Assembly (NCBI RefSeq): GCF_028641065.1
Contig: NC_073391.1
Span: forward strand, 11,656,001-11,720,000
Direction: 5' to 3'
Source: Leucoraja erinacea
Lineage: Eukaryota
DNA length: 64,000 nucleotides
Under the pieces are notes generated by a model. The model made no database searches, was not told the DNA's origin, and saw only the letters and a list, made by a program, of their open reading frames with translations. A program made the translations under genes and the position numbers. This document shows, piece by piece, positions 63,649-64,000 of the stretch (positions are counted from its first letter, which is position 1; each line of letters opens with the position of its first letter).

Positions 63649-63804
63649 AGGGCTTGTCCCACTTGGGCGCCATACGCACGTCACCACGCACCATGCGCGT
63701 GTAATGCATGCCATGTGCGCGTAATGCACGCCATGCGCACATCACGTGCGCGTCACGACGCACGAGTAATGACGTGCAAATAACGCCCAAGTAGGACAGG
63801 CCCT
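63649..63804. mobile_element. PIF/Harbinger-type MITE (156 bp)
   Basis: 21 bp TIRs AGGGCTTGTCCCACTTGGGCG / CGCCCAAGTAGGACAGGCCCT; TTA TSD at 63646-63648 and 63805-63807; internal ~20 bp tandem repeats. Confidence 0.87.
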
Positions 63805-64000
63805 TTAGTGATGACCTCCTCTGAATTCAAGCTTAGACTGGGAAATGCTTCAATCCTATATACTGTACAAGGGCATTCTGCAGAGATTGTCTGAGTTGCA
63901 ATGCTGACTTCTCTCCAATTCCCTTCCTCCACAATAGAGCAGCATACCATTAATCATATATATAAATTTTGACAGGGTTAATGTGGTGTAGATCCATCTA

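Overview
Vertebrate genomic DNA, most likely from a cartilaginous fish (skate/ray-type repeats; species inferred, not proven). The window starts inside the long intron 6 of the COE-family transcription factor gene EBF3 on the + strand. It holds ten coding exons (7-16 by human numbering, 13007-50402), all with GT-AG boundaries and consistent phases, encoding the end of the DNA-binding domain, the IPT/TIG domain, the HLH with its duplicated helix and the Ser/Pro-rich tail. A ~2.5 kb 3'UTR and ~11 kb of downstream DNA follow. Almost all ORFs in the supplied track are spurious or TE-derived. Repeats (CR1 and Rex1/Babar LINE pieces, V-SINEs, Deu-domain SINEs, an RTE-derived element, Harbinger-type MITEs, Penelope-derived elements) cluster at 1-18.6, 41-47.7 and 56.5-64 kb, whereas ~18.7-40.9 kb has no repeat I can recognise. 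The most striking signal is a family of ~190-210 bp fold-back insertions, five with 12-16 bp target-site duplications, that carry a minimal hammerhead-ribozyme-like core and are linked by one longer copy to a Penelope GIY-YIG endonuclease. Also notable are alternative splice sites in EBF3 and a long in-frame read-through of exon 8 into a Penelope remnant. Four N-gaps limit what can be seen.
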